Positions 1 to 8,548 of a stretch of DNA of 53,526 nucleotides are shown piece after piece. This DNA comes from an uncultured Dehalococcoidales bacterium (GTDB taxonomy: Bacteria > Chloroflexota > Dehalococcoidia > GIF9 > AB-539-J10). Location of the stretch: the NCBI GenBank assembly GCA_964561465.1, contig CAZLPP010000004.1, forward strand, positions 1-53,526, read 5' to 3'. The notes beneath the pieces were generated by a model, which made no database searches, was not told the origin of the DNA, and worked only from the letters and a program-made list of their open reading frames with translations. The translations under genes and the position numbers were made by a program. Every line of letters begins with the position of its first letter. The first letter of the stretch is position 1.

Positions 1-77
1 ACTGGGTCATCGACAATGGGGCCGAGGACAGCTTCGGCGAGGCAGTCGCCCGCCTTCTAGACTGCAGCGAAGGCTGA
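1..77 (+). CDS. 3' end of a truncated gene, probably Cof-type HAD hydrolase
   Basis: Frame 3 reads WVIDNGAEDSFGEAVARLLDCSEG*, resembling the C-terminus of Cof-like HAD phosphatases; only 24 codons visible. Confidence 0.4.
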   Translation, partial: WVIDNGAEDSFGEAVARLLDCSEG

Positions 78-395
78 GAACCGGCGGTTCCCCGCGGCGC
101 GAACCAGCAGCGCGCAGTGCAGCGATGCGCAAGCTCAGCGTTGCGGCCCAGGAATGGCCCCCGGAGCTGGCGCATCACGAGCAGTCCTTGCGCGACTCGA
201 ACACGCGACAACCTGACCGGAAGGGCGGATGGTGTTCACGGCTGCCACGGAGATGAGCTGAGGGCTGTGTCCGGCGAGACGGTCGCCTGTTGCCGACCGA
301 ATCAGGCGTTGCCTTCGCCCGGCGGTCCATTAGTCTTCTCCTTGCTCTGCTGCAAGGCAACGTGAGTACCCTGATGATCTGCCTCTCCATGCATC

Positions 396-425
396 TTGAC
401 GTTCGATTGTCCTGCAGAATAGTAT
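396..425 (+). promoter_or_regulatory. putative sigma70-type promoter
   Basis: TTGACG-N18-TAGTAT ending 24 nt before the ATG at 450. Confidence 0.4.
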
Positions 426-449
426 CTTCCGATTGAAGGACGTGCGAGG

Positions 450-1262
450 ATGGCTTGTGTGAACACTGATAACACCGCGAACATCATCGGATCGCCCAGG
501 GAGCTGAGGTTGATGTGCAGGGAGGGGAGGTGGCGGGCGCCTACCGCGGGCCAGGCGCCCGGCTATGTGCAGACGAACGTGGCTATTCTGCCCAGGGACC
601 TTGCCTTCGACTTCCTCGTCTTCTGCCAGCGCAACCCCAAGCCGTGCCCCCTGGTGGAGGTGCTGGAGTCGGGGGTGACCGAGCCGAAGCTCACCTCCCC
701 GGGAGCCGACATCCGCACTGACGTCCCGCTGTACCGGATATACCGCAACGGCGTGTTGAGCGGCGAGGTCGAGGACATACTCGGAGAGTGGAGGGACGAC
801 CTGGTCACGTTCCTGCTGGGGTGCAGCTTCACTTTCGAGACAGCCATGATGGCCGCGGGACTCCCGCTTCGCCATGTCGAGCAGAACAGAAACGTTTCCA
901 TGTACCGCACGAACATACCCACCGTTCCCGCCGGCGTCTTCTCGGGCCCCATGGTGGTCTCGATGCGTCCCATCCCTCACAACCAGGTCGTCAGGGCGGT
1001 CCAGGTGACGTCGCGCTTCCCCGGCGTGCACGGCGCGCCGGTCCACATCGGAGACCCCGAGGTCATCGGCATCCGCGACCTGGCCCATCCGGACTACGGC
1101 GATGCGGTGGACATATACGAGGGAGAGGTACCGGTCTTCTGGGCGTGCGGCGTGACGCCGCAGGCAGCGGCCGTTCAGTCCAAACCGTCACTCATGCTCA
1201 CCCACTCTCCCGGCCACATGTTCGTCACCGACGTGAGAGACGAGCACCTGGCTGTCCTGTGA
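450..1262 (+). CDS. D-glutamate cyclase family / putative hydro-lyase (DUF1445, YcsI-like)
   Basis: Motifs PTAGQAPGYVQTN, FCQRNPKPCP, DIRTDVPLY, LGCSFTFE, PVFWACGVTPQ, THSPGHMFVTD. Confidence 0.92.
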   Translation: MACVNTDNTANIIGSPRELRLMCREGRWRAPTAGQAPGYVQTNVAILPRDLAFDFLVFCQRNPKPCPLVEVLESGVTEPKLTSPGADIRTDVPLYRIYRNGVLSGEVEDILGEWRDDLVTFLLGCSFTFETAMMAAGLPLRHVEQNRNVSMYRTNIPTVPAGVFSGPMVVSMRPIPHNQVVRAVQVTSRFPGVHGAPVHIGDPEVIGIRDLAHPDYGDAVDIYEGEVPVFWACGVTPQAAAVQSKPSLMLTHSPGHMFVTDVRDEHLAVL

Positions 1263-1313
1263 CGAGTCTCTGGAGCGACCCGGTTGTCAACGAAGTGAAG
1301 GGAGTGGCTCAAG

Positions 1314-2162
1314 ATGTCGGCTATTGAAGAGGTCATCCTGCGCAACGACCGGAGGGGCATCTCGGTTCTGAAGCCCTTTCTTCCGGACGACTTCTGCACT
1401 CAAGCGGCCCGGCACATCCTCGACCATCCGGGGACGGCGATAGTCTGCACCGGGTTCTACATCCGCGCGGCAGGTGCTCCCGAGACTGATGGCCCGCCCG
1501 GGGCGGTGTTCATCGGCAGGGCGCTGCAAGACCTTGGCTACACCGTGACGCAGGTCACCGACGAACTCAGTTCGCCGGCGCTCAGAGGGGCGGTACCTGC
1601 GGACGGAATCGTGGAGTTTCCGATAGCTGATGACTCGTCGAGCAAGCAGTACGCCGGTGAGTTGCTGGCCAAACTGAGGCCCTCTGTGCTGATATCCACC
1701 GAGCGAGGCGGGATGACGCGCGATGGACAGTATCTGAACATGCGGGGCGTCGACTACTCTCCCTACAATGCCAGGCTGGACTACCTCTTCAATGGGCAGA
1801 CGCCGTCCGTGGGGATAGGCGATGGGGGCAACGAGATAGGAATGGGGAACCTGGCGAAGGAGATACCGCAGTTCGACAACCTCCCGGGTAACCCTGCAAC
1901 CACGTGCGTCGACAAGCTCATCATCGCCAGCGTGTCAAACTGGGGCGCATACGGACTCATCGCCGCCCTGTCCCTGCTGGTGGGGAAGAACCTGCTGCCC
2001 TCCGGCCAGGAAGAAGAGGACATGATACGCGCGATGGTCGATGCGGGAGCAGTGGACGGCGTCTCAGGCAAGAAGGTCTACTCGGTGGACGCCTGGTCAC
2101 TGTCCGAGAACCGGCAGGCCCTCGAAGCCCTGCACGCTGTCTTGTCGCAGCACGGTCTGTGA
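1314..2162 (+). CDS. DUF4392 (D-glutamate cyclase C-terminal-like) protein
   Basis: Motifs TGF, ETDGPPGA, YLNMRG, GIGDGGNEIGMG, SVSNWGAY, GAVDG. Confidence 0.88.
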   Translation: MSAIEEVILRNDRRGISVLKPFLPDDFCTQAARHILDHPGTAIVCTGFYIRAAGAPETDGPPGAVFIGRALQDLGYTVTQVTDELSSPALRGAVPADGIVEFPIADDSSSKQYAGELLAKLRPSVLISTERGGMTRDGQYLNMRGVDYSPYNARLDYLFNGQTPSVGIGDGGNEIGMGNLAKEIPQFDNLPGNPATTCVDKLIIASVSNWGAYGLIAALSLLVGKNLLPSGQEEEDMIRAMVDAGAVDGVSGKKVYSVDAWSLSENRQALEALHAVLSQHGL

Positions 2163-2326
2163 GACCCGGACCCGCGGGTTTCCCGTCCAGGCACGCGCCT
2201 GCGAAGCGTCGTTGCGGCGAGTCCTTCGCAGAAGGACGGGGAGGCGATTCGCACTGGTGACCCCACTCCGGATTACCACGGTGTTGCTCCGCCGGGCCTC
2301 GCGCTCGCTGAAGGACTCCCGAGGCA

Positions 2327-3268
2327 CTAGCCCCTGAGCGACGCGATGAACGCTTCCTGCTCGCTCAGCGCCCTGTGCGCCTCGTCCAGACAGACAGGCC
2401 GGAACGCCACCGTGTCTCCCGGCTGGGCCTGGGCCATCCGTGGCAGGTCGGCGGAAATGACGGTGGCGATCTTGGTGTAGCCGCCGGTGGTGCCGCAATC
2501 CGCCAGCAGGACAATGGGCTTGCCCGACCCGGGCACCTGTACCGCGCCACGGGATGTGCCGTCGGAGACGATGTCCGCACTCTTCTTGTGCTGGATGACC
2601 GGCCCTTCGAGCCTGTAGCCCATGCGGTCGAACACGGGCGTGACGGTGAACTCGGATGCCACGAACGTGTCGATGCCCGCGGTTGTGAACGCGTCGTCCT
2701 GCGGACCCATCGTCACGCGCAGGGCATGGTGGCGGCCATAGTGCGGGACGGTCAGCGGCGCCAGGCTTCTTGCTCCAGACTGGGGTGCATCGCTGCCCCT
2801 GTCGGCCACAGGGAGCATGTCTCCCGTTGCCACGGCGCGGCCACGGAAGCCGCCGAACTGAGACCGCGTGAATGTCGAGCGACTGCCCATTACCGTCGGG
2901 ACATCAATGCCGCCACGGACGCAGACGTATGACCTGATTCCGTCTCTCGGCCCTTTGAAGGAGAGAGTGCTGCCCTGCGGTACGGACAGCGATGCCCATC
3001 CGGGGACAGGCTGTCCGTCCAGAACGGGGGTGAGGTCGCCCCCCGTGACGGCAATGGTGGCGTCGAAGTGGAACCTGAGCGTCGGCCCCAGAAAGGTGGT
3101 CTCCAGGCCCGCGTCGCTCTCCTCGTTGCCGACCAGCAGGTTGCCCACCCTGAGAGCGAACTGGTCCAGCGCCCCGGAAACGGGCACACCGTACCGCTGG
3201 TACCCGTACCTGCCCAGGTCCTGTACGGTGCTGAGGGCGCCGCCCTTGATGACCTCGATAGTCCTCAT
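2327..3268 (-). CDS. pxpC: 5-oxoprolinase subunit C (KipA / biotin-dependent carboxyltransferase-like)
   Basis: TVQDLGRYGY, GVPVSGALD, DRMGYRL, GAVQVP, TTGGY; overlaps pxpB stop. Confidence 0.92.
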   Translation of the reverse strand: MRTIEVIKGGALSTVQDLGRYGYQRYGVPVSGALDQFALRVGNLLVGNEESDAGLETTFLGPTLRFHFDATIAVTGGDLTPVLDGQPVPGWASLSVPQGSTLSFKGPRDGIRSYVCVRGGIDVPTVMGSRSTFTRSQFGGFRGRAVATGDMLPVADRGSDAPQSGARSLAPLTVPHYGRHHALRVTMGPQDDAFTTAGIDTFVASEFTVTPVFDRMGYRLEGPVIQHKKSADIVSDGTSRGAVQVPGSGKPIVLLADCGTTGGYTKIATVISADLPRMAQAQPGDTVAFRPVCLDEAHRALSEQEAFIASLRG

Positions 3269-4002
3269 AGAGACCTGCCCATCGGACGTGTAGCGAGCGC
3301 GTAGGTACCGGCCCGCATCCTGGACTGGATGTCGGCGTACTCCGATTCATCCACAGGAACGAACCGCAGGTAGTCGCCAGGCTCGATCTGGACCGGCGGC
3401 TCCCGGCCTGGGTCGAACAGACTGATGGGAGTGCGGCCTATGAGCCTCCAGCCGCCGGGGCTCTCCACGGGGTATATTCCGGTCTGTCGCTCAGCAATAG
3501 CGACCGAGCCCGCGGGTATTGAGGGGCGGGGGGTCTGGAGTCTGGGAGTGGCTATCCTCTCCGACATGCCTCCGAGGTACGGAAAGCCCGGAAGGAACCC
3601 CATCATGTAGACCAGGTAGTCCGTGCCCGAGTGCGTTCTGATCACTTCCTCTTCGGAGATACCGTTGTGCTCGGCCACGGCGCCGATGTCCGGGCCGTAT
3701 TCACCTCCGTAGATGGTGGGTATCTCCACCAGCCTGGGGGCGACGGTCTCCCCTTCTCCGAGCGAGCCCTCCATCTCGCCGAGGCGAGAGGTCAGGTCGG
3801 CATAGGAGATGCTCAGGGGGTCGTAGTAGACCATCAGCGACCTGTACGTGGGTACCACATCCAGTACACCCGGGGCTACGAGCCTGAGGATCTCACGCGA
3901 GAGGTTGTGTACCCGTCGATTGGTGACCTCCGAGATGGAGTCTCCCAACTCGACGGACAGTGCTCTGTCACCTACCGGCAGGAACCTGGGATACTGGCTC
4001 AT
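3265..4002 (-). CDS. pxpB: 5-oxoprolinase subunit B (KipI-like)
   Basis: Start moved to ATG 4002 (MSQYPRFLPVGDRAL); VVPTYRSL, YGGEYGPD, GFLPGFPYL, SPGGWRLIGRT. Confidence 0.92.
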   Translation of the reverse strand: MSQYPRFLPVGDRALSVELGDSISEVTNRRVHNLSREILRLVAPGVLDVVPTYRSLMVYYDPLSISYADLTSRLGEMEGSLGEGETVAPRLVEIPTIYGGEYGPDIGAVAEHNGISEEEVIRTHSGTDYLVYMMGFLPGFPYLGGMSERIATPRLQTPRPSIPAGSVAIAERQTGIYPVESPGGWRLIGRTPISLFDPGREPPVQIEPGDYLRFVPVDESEYADIQSRMRAGTYALATRPMGRSL

Positions 4003-4013
4003 TCTCGCTATCC

Positions 4014-4778
4014 TCACACGATCTGGCCCAGGGGCACTATCTGGACGCCTTCGGACTCCAGCGCCGAGCGTATGGATGAGGCCAGGTGTATGGAGTTGGG
4101 CGTGTCGCCGTGAAGGCAGAGCGTATCCGCGGATAGGGCGATCTCTTCGCCCGTGATGGCGGTCACCTTGCCTTGTGTGACCATCTTGACGCTCCTCCGC
4201 GCCACCGCACCCACGTCCTCGATCACCGAGCCGGGTTTGGAGCGTGGCACCAGTGTGCCGTCCGCGTTCACGGTCCTGTCGGCGAAAGCCTCCCTCGCTA
4301 CGCGAAGACCCATATCCCTGGCTATGTCGATCCATCGAGAGCCTGCCAGGGCTACCAGGATGAGCTCAGGGTCGACTTCAAGGATGGCCTCGCATATCGC
4401 CCGGGCCAGCGCCTCGTCCCGGACGGCCATGTTGTACATTGCGCCGTGTGGCTTGACGTGCTGCAGCCTCTTCGCGCTGGTGAAGGCGGTCAGAGCGCCT
4501 ATCTGGTAGATGATGTCGTTCTTCGCCTCGCCCGGTGCCACGGCCATGTTCCGTCTGCCGAAACCCGGCAGGTCCGGGAAGCTGGGATGAGCGCCCATGG
4601 CTACGCCGTGCTCCTCAGCCAGCTTTACCGTCAGGCGCATCCAGTTCGGGTCGCCCGCGTGGAACCCGCACGCGATATTGGCTGAGGTAATGTGCTTGAT
4701 GATCTCCTCGTCCTGGCCCATCTGGTAGGCGCCGAAGCTCTCGCCCATGTCACAGTTGAAGTCGATCCGTGCGGTCAT
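4014..4778 (-). CDS. pxpA: 5-oxoprolinase subunit A (LamB/YcsF)
   Basis: DFNCDMGESFG, SANIACGFHAGDP, HVKPHGAMYN, EAFADR, CLHGD. Confidence 0.95.
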   Translation of the reverse strand: MTARIDFNCDMGESFGAYQMGQDEEIIKHITSANIACGFHAGDPNWMRLTVKLAEEHGVAMGAHPSFPDLPGFGRRNMAVAPGEAKNDIIYQIGALTAFTSAKRLQHVKPHGAMYNMAVRDEALARAICEAILEVDPELILVALAGSRWIDIARDMGLRVAREAFADRTVNADGTLVPRSKPGSVIEDVGAVARRSVKMVTQGKVTAITGEEIALSADTLCLHGDTPNSIHLASSIRSALESEGVQIVPLGQIV

Positions 4779-5295
4779 GAGTGATCCCCCTGCAGTCGCT
4801 GCAATGCCTCAATGCTCGTTGTGTCGGGCCAGGCAAAAGGGGGCAGCGTGCAGCGCCATTCTAGCTGGCCATCTTGCGTTCATCAACCGGATGGAAGGAG
4901 TTCAGAGGTGACTTCTTCGTTCTTCCCGGGATGAAGCTGACGCAGCTTCCGGTTGCGGGTAGCTCACTCGTGCTTCGAGAACCTCGGCATGGCGGCGCCT
5001 GGTGGAGTGCCGAGGCGTTCTGCTCACGAGAATCAGGTGTCGAGGCGAGTCCTTCATTCGAGACGCGTGTGGAAGGCTGCTAAAATGTCCCGGATGGGAA
5101 CACGGCCCGATTCGTTCACCCATCATCGGATCGAGCCGGGCATGCACGGAGCACGCGTGGAGAAGCCGTGAAGAGCGCCGCCGGTCTGCTGGCGGACTTG
5201 CACTGTGCCTCTTTCGACGAGTATTGTCGGGACCGGTCGCGGTACCCGTTAGGCGACCATCTGGTTTGGGATGTCGCTGCCAAAGGAGGGCAAGG

Positions 5296-6639
5296 GTGAT
5301 TCAGTCGGTGCTGACCAGGGAAGAGCTTGTCAGAGAGTATGAGAGAACGCATCCACGATCTCTCGAACTGCACCGGAGAGCGGCGCGGTTGTTTGGCGCA
5401 GACGGCGCCACTCATGTCGCGAGAGTCATGGATCCCTTCCGCCCCTACGTTACCCATGCTCAGGGGAGCAAGAAGTGGGATGTTGACGGTCATGAGTACA
5501 TCGACTTCGTGATGGGACATGGGGCACTCATACTGGGCCATGGACACCCCCGGATCCTGAAGGCGTGCCAGGAACAGTTGGCGAATGGCGTCCACTATGG
5601 TGAGAACCACGAGCTGGAGGTGCGCTGGGGGGAGCTCATACAGCAGATGATGCCCATCGCGGAAAGGATCGAGTTCTGTGCGAGTGGCCAGGAAGCCAAC
5701 ATGATGGCCATGAGACTGGCTCGAGTCGCCACGGGAAGGAAGAAGGTTCTGCGTTTCGTGGAGAACTTCCACGGCTGGGCTGACGAGGTGACGTTGAACA
5801 CGGCTGGAGCTGTAGCCCCTGCGGTTGACGTCATCCCGATGAACGATCTGGCCGTTGTGGAGAAGGCGCTGGCCACCAGGGAGTACGCCGTGGTGTTCGC
5901 TGAGGGCGGCGGCGCTCACATGGCCGGGCAGATCCCCTGGAACCGGTCTTTCATACGGGCGCTGCCCGAACTGGCCAGGAAGTACGGCACGCTGTGCCTG
6001 ATCGATGAGGTGGTGACCGGCTTCCGAGAGTCCCGCGGCGGCTGGCAAGAGGTGGTTGGGGCGAAGCCGGACCTGAGCACCCTTGGTAAGTGCGTCGGAG
6101 GCGGCCTGGGAGTCGGGGCTGTGATCGGAAGGGCCGATCTGTTTGCCTCTCTAGGCACAAAGGCGCCTGCGGGGACCAGGATCACGCACAGTGGCACGTG
6201 GAATGCCAATCCATTGACCAGTGCTTCGGGGGTCGCGGCCTGCGAGCTCTACCTGGACGGGGCGCCTCAGAAGAAGGCCGTGGAAATGGGCGCCTACCTT
6301 CGCGAGGCGGGGAACCAGGTTCTACGAGACAGGAAGGTCGGCGGGCTTCTCTACGGGCGCACGATAATCCACGTGTATTTCGGACCGTTTGACTTCCAGC
6401 CCGACAACGAGTACACGCCGCCTGCCGCAGACGTCTCGAAGATCGTGGGCAGCAAGGAGACCGGTGCATTGAAGAATCTGCTGGGATTCCACCTGCTGCA
6501 TCGAGGCGTTGCCACCATGAGTGGCCGGTTCTTCGTCATGTCGGCGGCACACAGCAAACAGGACGTCGACAGGACTATTGAGGCGTTCGCAGAGTCTCTC
6601 GACAACATGATAGCGGAGGGGGTGCTTCCGCAAACGTAG
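5296..6639 (+). CDS. class III PLP aminotransferase, GSA-aminomutase-like but divergent
   Basis: WDVDGHEYID, DEVVTGFR, STLGKCVGGG (PLP Lys), HSGTWNANP; GTG 5296 follows AAGGAGG. Confidence 0.85.
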   Translation: MIQSVLTREELVREYERTHPRSLELHRRAARLFGADGATHVARVMDPFRPYVTHAQGSKKWDVDGHEYIDFVMGHGALILGHGHPRILKACQEQLANGVHYGENHELEVRWGELIQQMMPIAERIEFCASGQEANMMAMRLARVATGRKKVLRFVENFHGWADEVTLNTAGAVAPAVDVIPMNDLAVVEKALATREYAVVFAEGGGAHMAGQIPWNRSFIRALPELARKYGTLCLIDEVVTGFRESRGGWQEVVGAKPDLSTLGKCVGGGLGVGAVIGRADLFASLGTKAPAGTRITHSGTWNANPLTSASGVAACELYLDGAPQKKAVEMGAYLREAGNQVLRDRKVGGLLYGRTIIHVYFGPFDFQPDNEYTPPAADVSKIVGSKETGALKNLLGFHLLHRGVATMSGRFFVMSAAHSKQDVDRTIEAFAESLDNMIAEGVLPQT

Positions 6640-6871
6640 AGCGCCCTGCTGCCCGGGGCGGGCCCGGGCCGCGCCCGACGTGCGGGATGACCCTGCCGTT
6701 GATTCAACGCCCACGTGTTCACCGCGGGAGCAACGACTCTGCGGGTCCGACTGCTCGGATGGACAGCGCAGGCGCACACGAGGCGCCTGGAGCCTGTGTC
6801 TGCCGTCGAACTGGCGGCAGATGCGGGACGGTTCAGTGACCCGACTCACCGCGCTGATACGAATGCCGGAA

Positions 6872-6908
6872 GCGGGGGAGGGATTGACCTTCCCCCGCGT
6901 TTCTTTCC
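6872..6908 (+). terminator. putative intrinsic terminator
   Basis: GCGGGGGAGGG-attga-CCTTCCCCCGC 11-bp stem (one G-U) followed by GTTTCTTTCC. Confidence 0.6.
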
Positions 6909-7024
6909 TGTGCCGATCGGAGCCTTGTCGATGCCTCAGCGTACTCGCGGCGGCTCATGGACCCAGACACGATTCCTGAGAGCTCCGTTTGCAGACCGTT
7001 AGCAAACCGAGAGGGGATTACGAG

Positions 7025-7097
7025 TAGGCCGTGTGGGATTCGAACCCACGACACCCTGATTAAAAGTCAGGTGCTCTGCCAGCTGAGCTAACGGCCC
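7025..7097 (-). tRNA. tRNA-Lys(UUU), CCA not encoded
   Basis: Reverse complement GGGCCGTTAGCTCAGCTGGCAGAGCACCTGACTTTTAATCAGGGTGTCGTGGGTTCGAATCCCACACGGCCTA folds as a cloverleaf with anticodon TTT. Confidence 0.97.
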
Positions 7098-7113
7098 GTG
7101 AAGTGGGAGACCG

Positions 7114-7401
7114 TCACTGGTCCCGGTTCTTCGTGTGGTCGAGCAGGCTCGACACGTAGCACGCGAAGGCGGGGTGGACATCGCAGATGAAGCCGTCCTC
7201 GGCCGCCTCGACCGAGAATGCGACCCGGTTCGGACGCTTGATGGGGTCGCCGAACTTGCCGAAGCCGGACTCGTTCCAGGGCATGTTGTGCCCGAGTATC
7301 TCGAGAAAGCCCCTCACGTCCCTCGGCTGCTCGAGCACTACCTCAAACGGCAACTGGCGTTTGAGTTCGTTCAGTTGCTCCAGCTTCAGCTTCACCCTCA
7401 T
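7114..7401 (-). CDS. hypothetical 95-aa protein
   Basis: Protein-like composition, sits directly under a consensus promoter; no family recognised. Confidence 0.75.
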   Translation of the reverse strand: MRVKLKLEQLNELKRQLPFEVVLEQPRDVRGFLEILGHNMPWNESGFGKFGDPIKRPNRVAFSVEAAEDGFICDVHPAFACYVSSLLDHTKNRDQ

Positions 7402-7412
7402 GTACGTTTCGC

Positions 7413-7441
7413 ATTATAGGGCCGAGGCATAGCGGTGTCAA
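7413..7441 (-). promoter_or_regulatory. perfect-consensus sigma70 promoter
   Basis: TTGACA-N17-TATAAT on the minus strand, -10 ending 11 nt before ATG 7401. Confidence 0.85.
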
Positions 7442-7718
7442 TCAACGCCACGAACGGCGGCATTGCAGCAGTAAGCTGCTTAGGCAGCTTGCTGTAGAAC
7501 TGCGACACCAAGTGGCGGACGCGTGGCGGCGCGCCTCTGCGGCATCTTGGTGGCAACCTTCCGCCTCTCTGTGGCGTTGTACATCAAAGACCGGTACGCC
7601 GGCAGCTTGCGGCGCAAGAGGCGGAGGCTCGGTGGGCTATGGTTCGTGGCCGCACCGACCTGCTATTCTATTCCGCGTGGACTGCCTTCGACGTTTCTCC
7701 GGCCCGATTGGAGGCTGA

Positions 7719-8432
7719 GTGACTACCGCTGCAGCTATTATCGCGCCGCCGGTGCTTGCCCTCCTTGCCGGTCTGGCGCTCGGTGTGGGAGCTGTCCTCT
7801 TCGTCGTCTATCGCCGCGGAGCGAATGCGGTCATCAGCCTGCGGGTACCCCTTAGCTGGTCCGAGCCCATCGAGGTGCGTCTCATCCTGTACCTCATCTT
7901 CGCTGCGGTGTGGGGTGCAGTGGCTCTTTTCTTCAGACTGCTCTACATGTTGCCGGTTGAGGGCTCTTTCGCCGCAGGATCGCTGCTGCTCATTTCCGGG
8001 TTTTTCACTCTGGGCAATCTGCTCTTCTTCTACGCCGCCCTTGGCTCGCTGCTGCAGGCGGCGCTCGGCACCGACGGCCGTCCGCCATTCTGGTTCTCCC
8101 GTCTCTTGTCCTGGTTCGATAATCTCGTGATGGATTTCGGCGACATGGTGGCCGGGGTTCTCGTTCGGCCGGCCGGCCCACCGACCCGGAGGGAGCGCCC
8201 GCGGAGCGCCGAGATTCCGTTTGAGGCAGACGACGTCACACCCGTTGCGGCCGAGCTTCAGCCGGAGTCCCCTCAAGCCCGGACGAAGCAGGCGCGCGAC
8301 CTTGCGCGTGAACGGCTGGACCTGGCGCTGGAGCAGTACGAGCAGTTCCTCACGCCGGGGCAGAAGGAGAAGCTGCGGGTCATGCGTGACATGGTGGAGT
8401 CCATCAAGCACTCCTTCGACGACGCCGACTGA
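7719..8432 (+). CDS. hypothetical membrane protein
   Basis: About three hydrophobic segments then a charged helical C-terminus; GGAGG precedes GTG. Confidence 0.7.
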   Translation: MTTAAAIIAPPVLALLAGLALGVGAVLFVVYRRGANAVISLRVPLSWSEPIEVRLILYLIFAAVWGAVALFFRLLYMLPVEGSFAAGSLLLISGFFTLGNLLFFYAALGSLLQAALGTDGRPPFWFSRLLSWFDNLVMDFGDMVAGVLVRPAGPPTRRERPRSAEIPFEADDVTPVAAELQPESPQARTKQARDLARERLDLALEQYEQFLTPGQKEKLRVMRDMVESIKHSFDDAD

Positions 8433-8495
8433 CTGTGCACAGCCTCTGTATCCCGCTGCGCGCATGAGGCCGGCGGCCAGGAGAACCGAAACCGT

Positions 8496-8522
8496 GGGGC
8501 GGCCCCAACGCGGGGCCGCCCC
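8496..8522. terminator. hairpin between convergent genes
   Basis: GGGGCGGCCCC-aacgc-GGGGCCGCCCC perfect 11-bp stem. Confidence 0.55.
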
Positions 8523-8548
8523 TTCGTGGTTGGTCCGGTGACAGCTCG

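Noticed and set aside
4779-5295. Small ORFs or ncRNA in the long pxpA-aminotransferase intergenic region
   Set aside because: No convincing RBS, coding pattern or known RNA motif; only promoter-like hexamers
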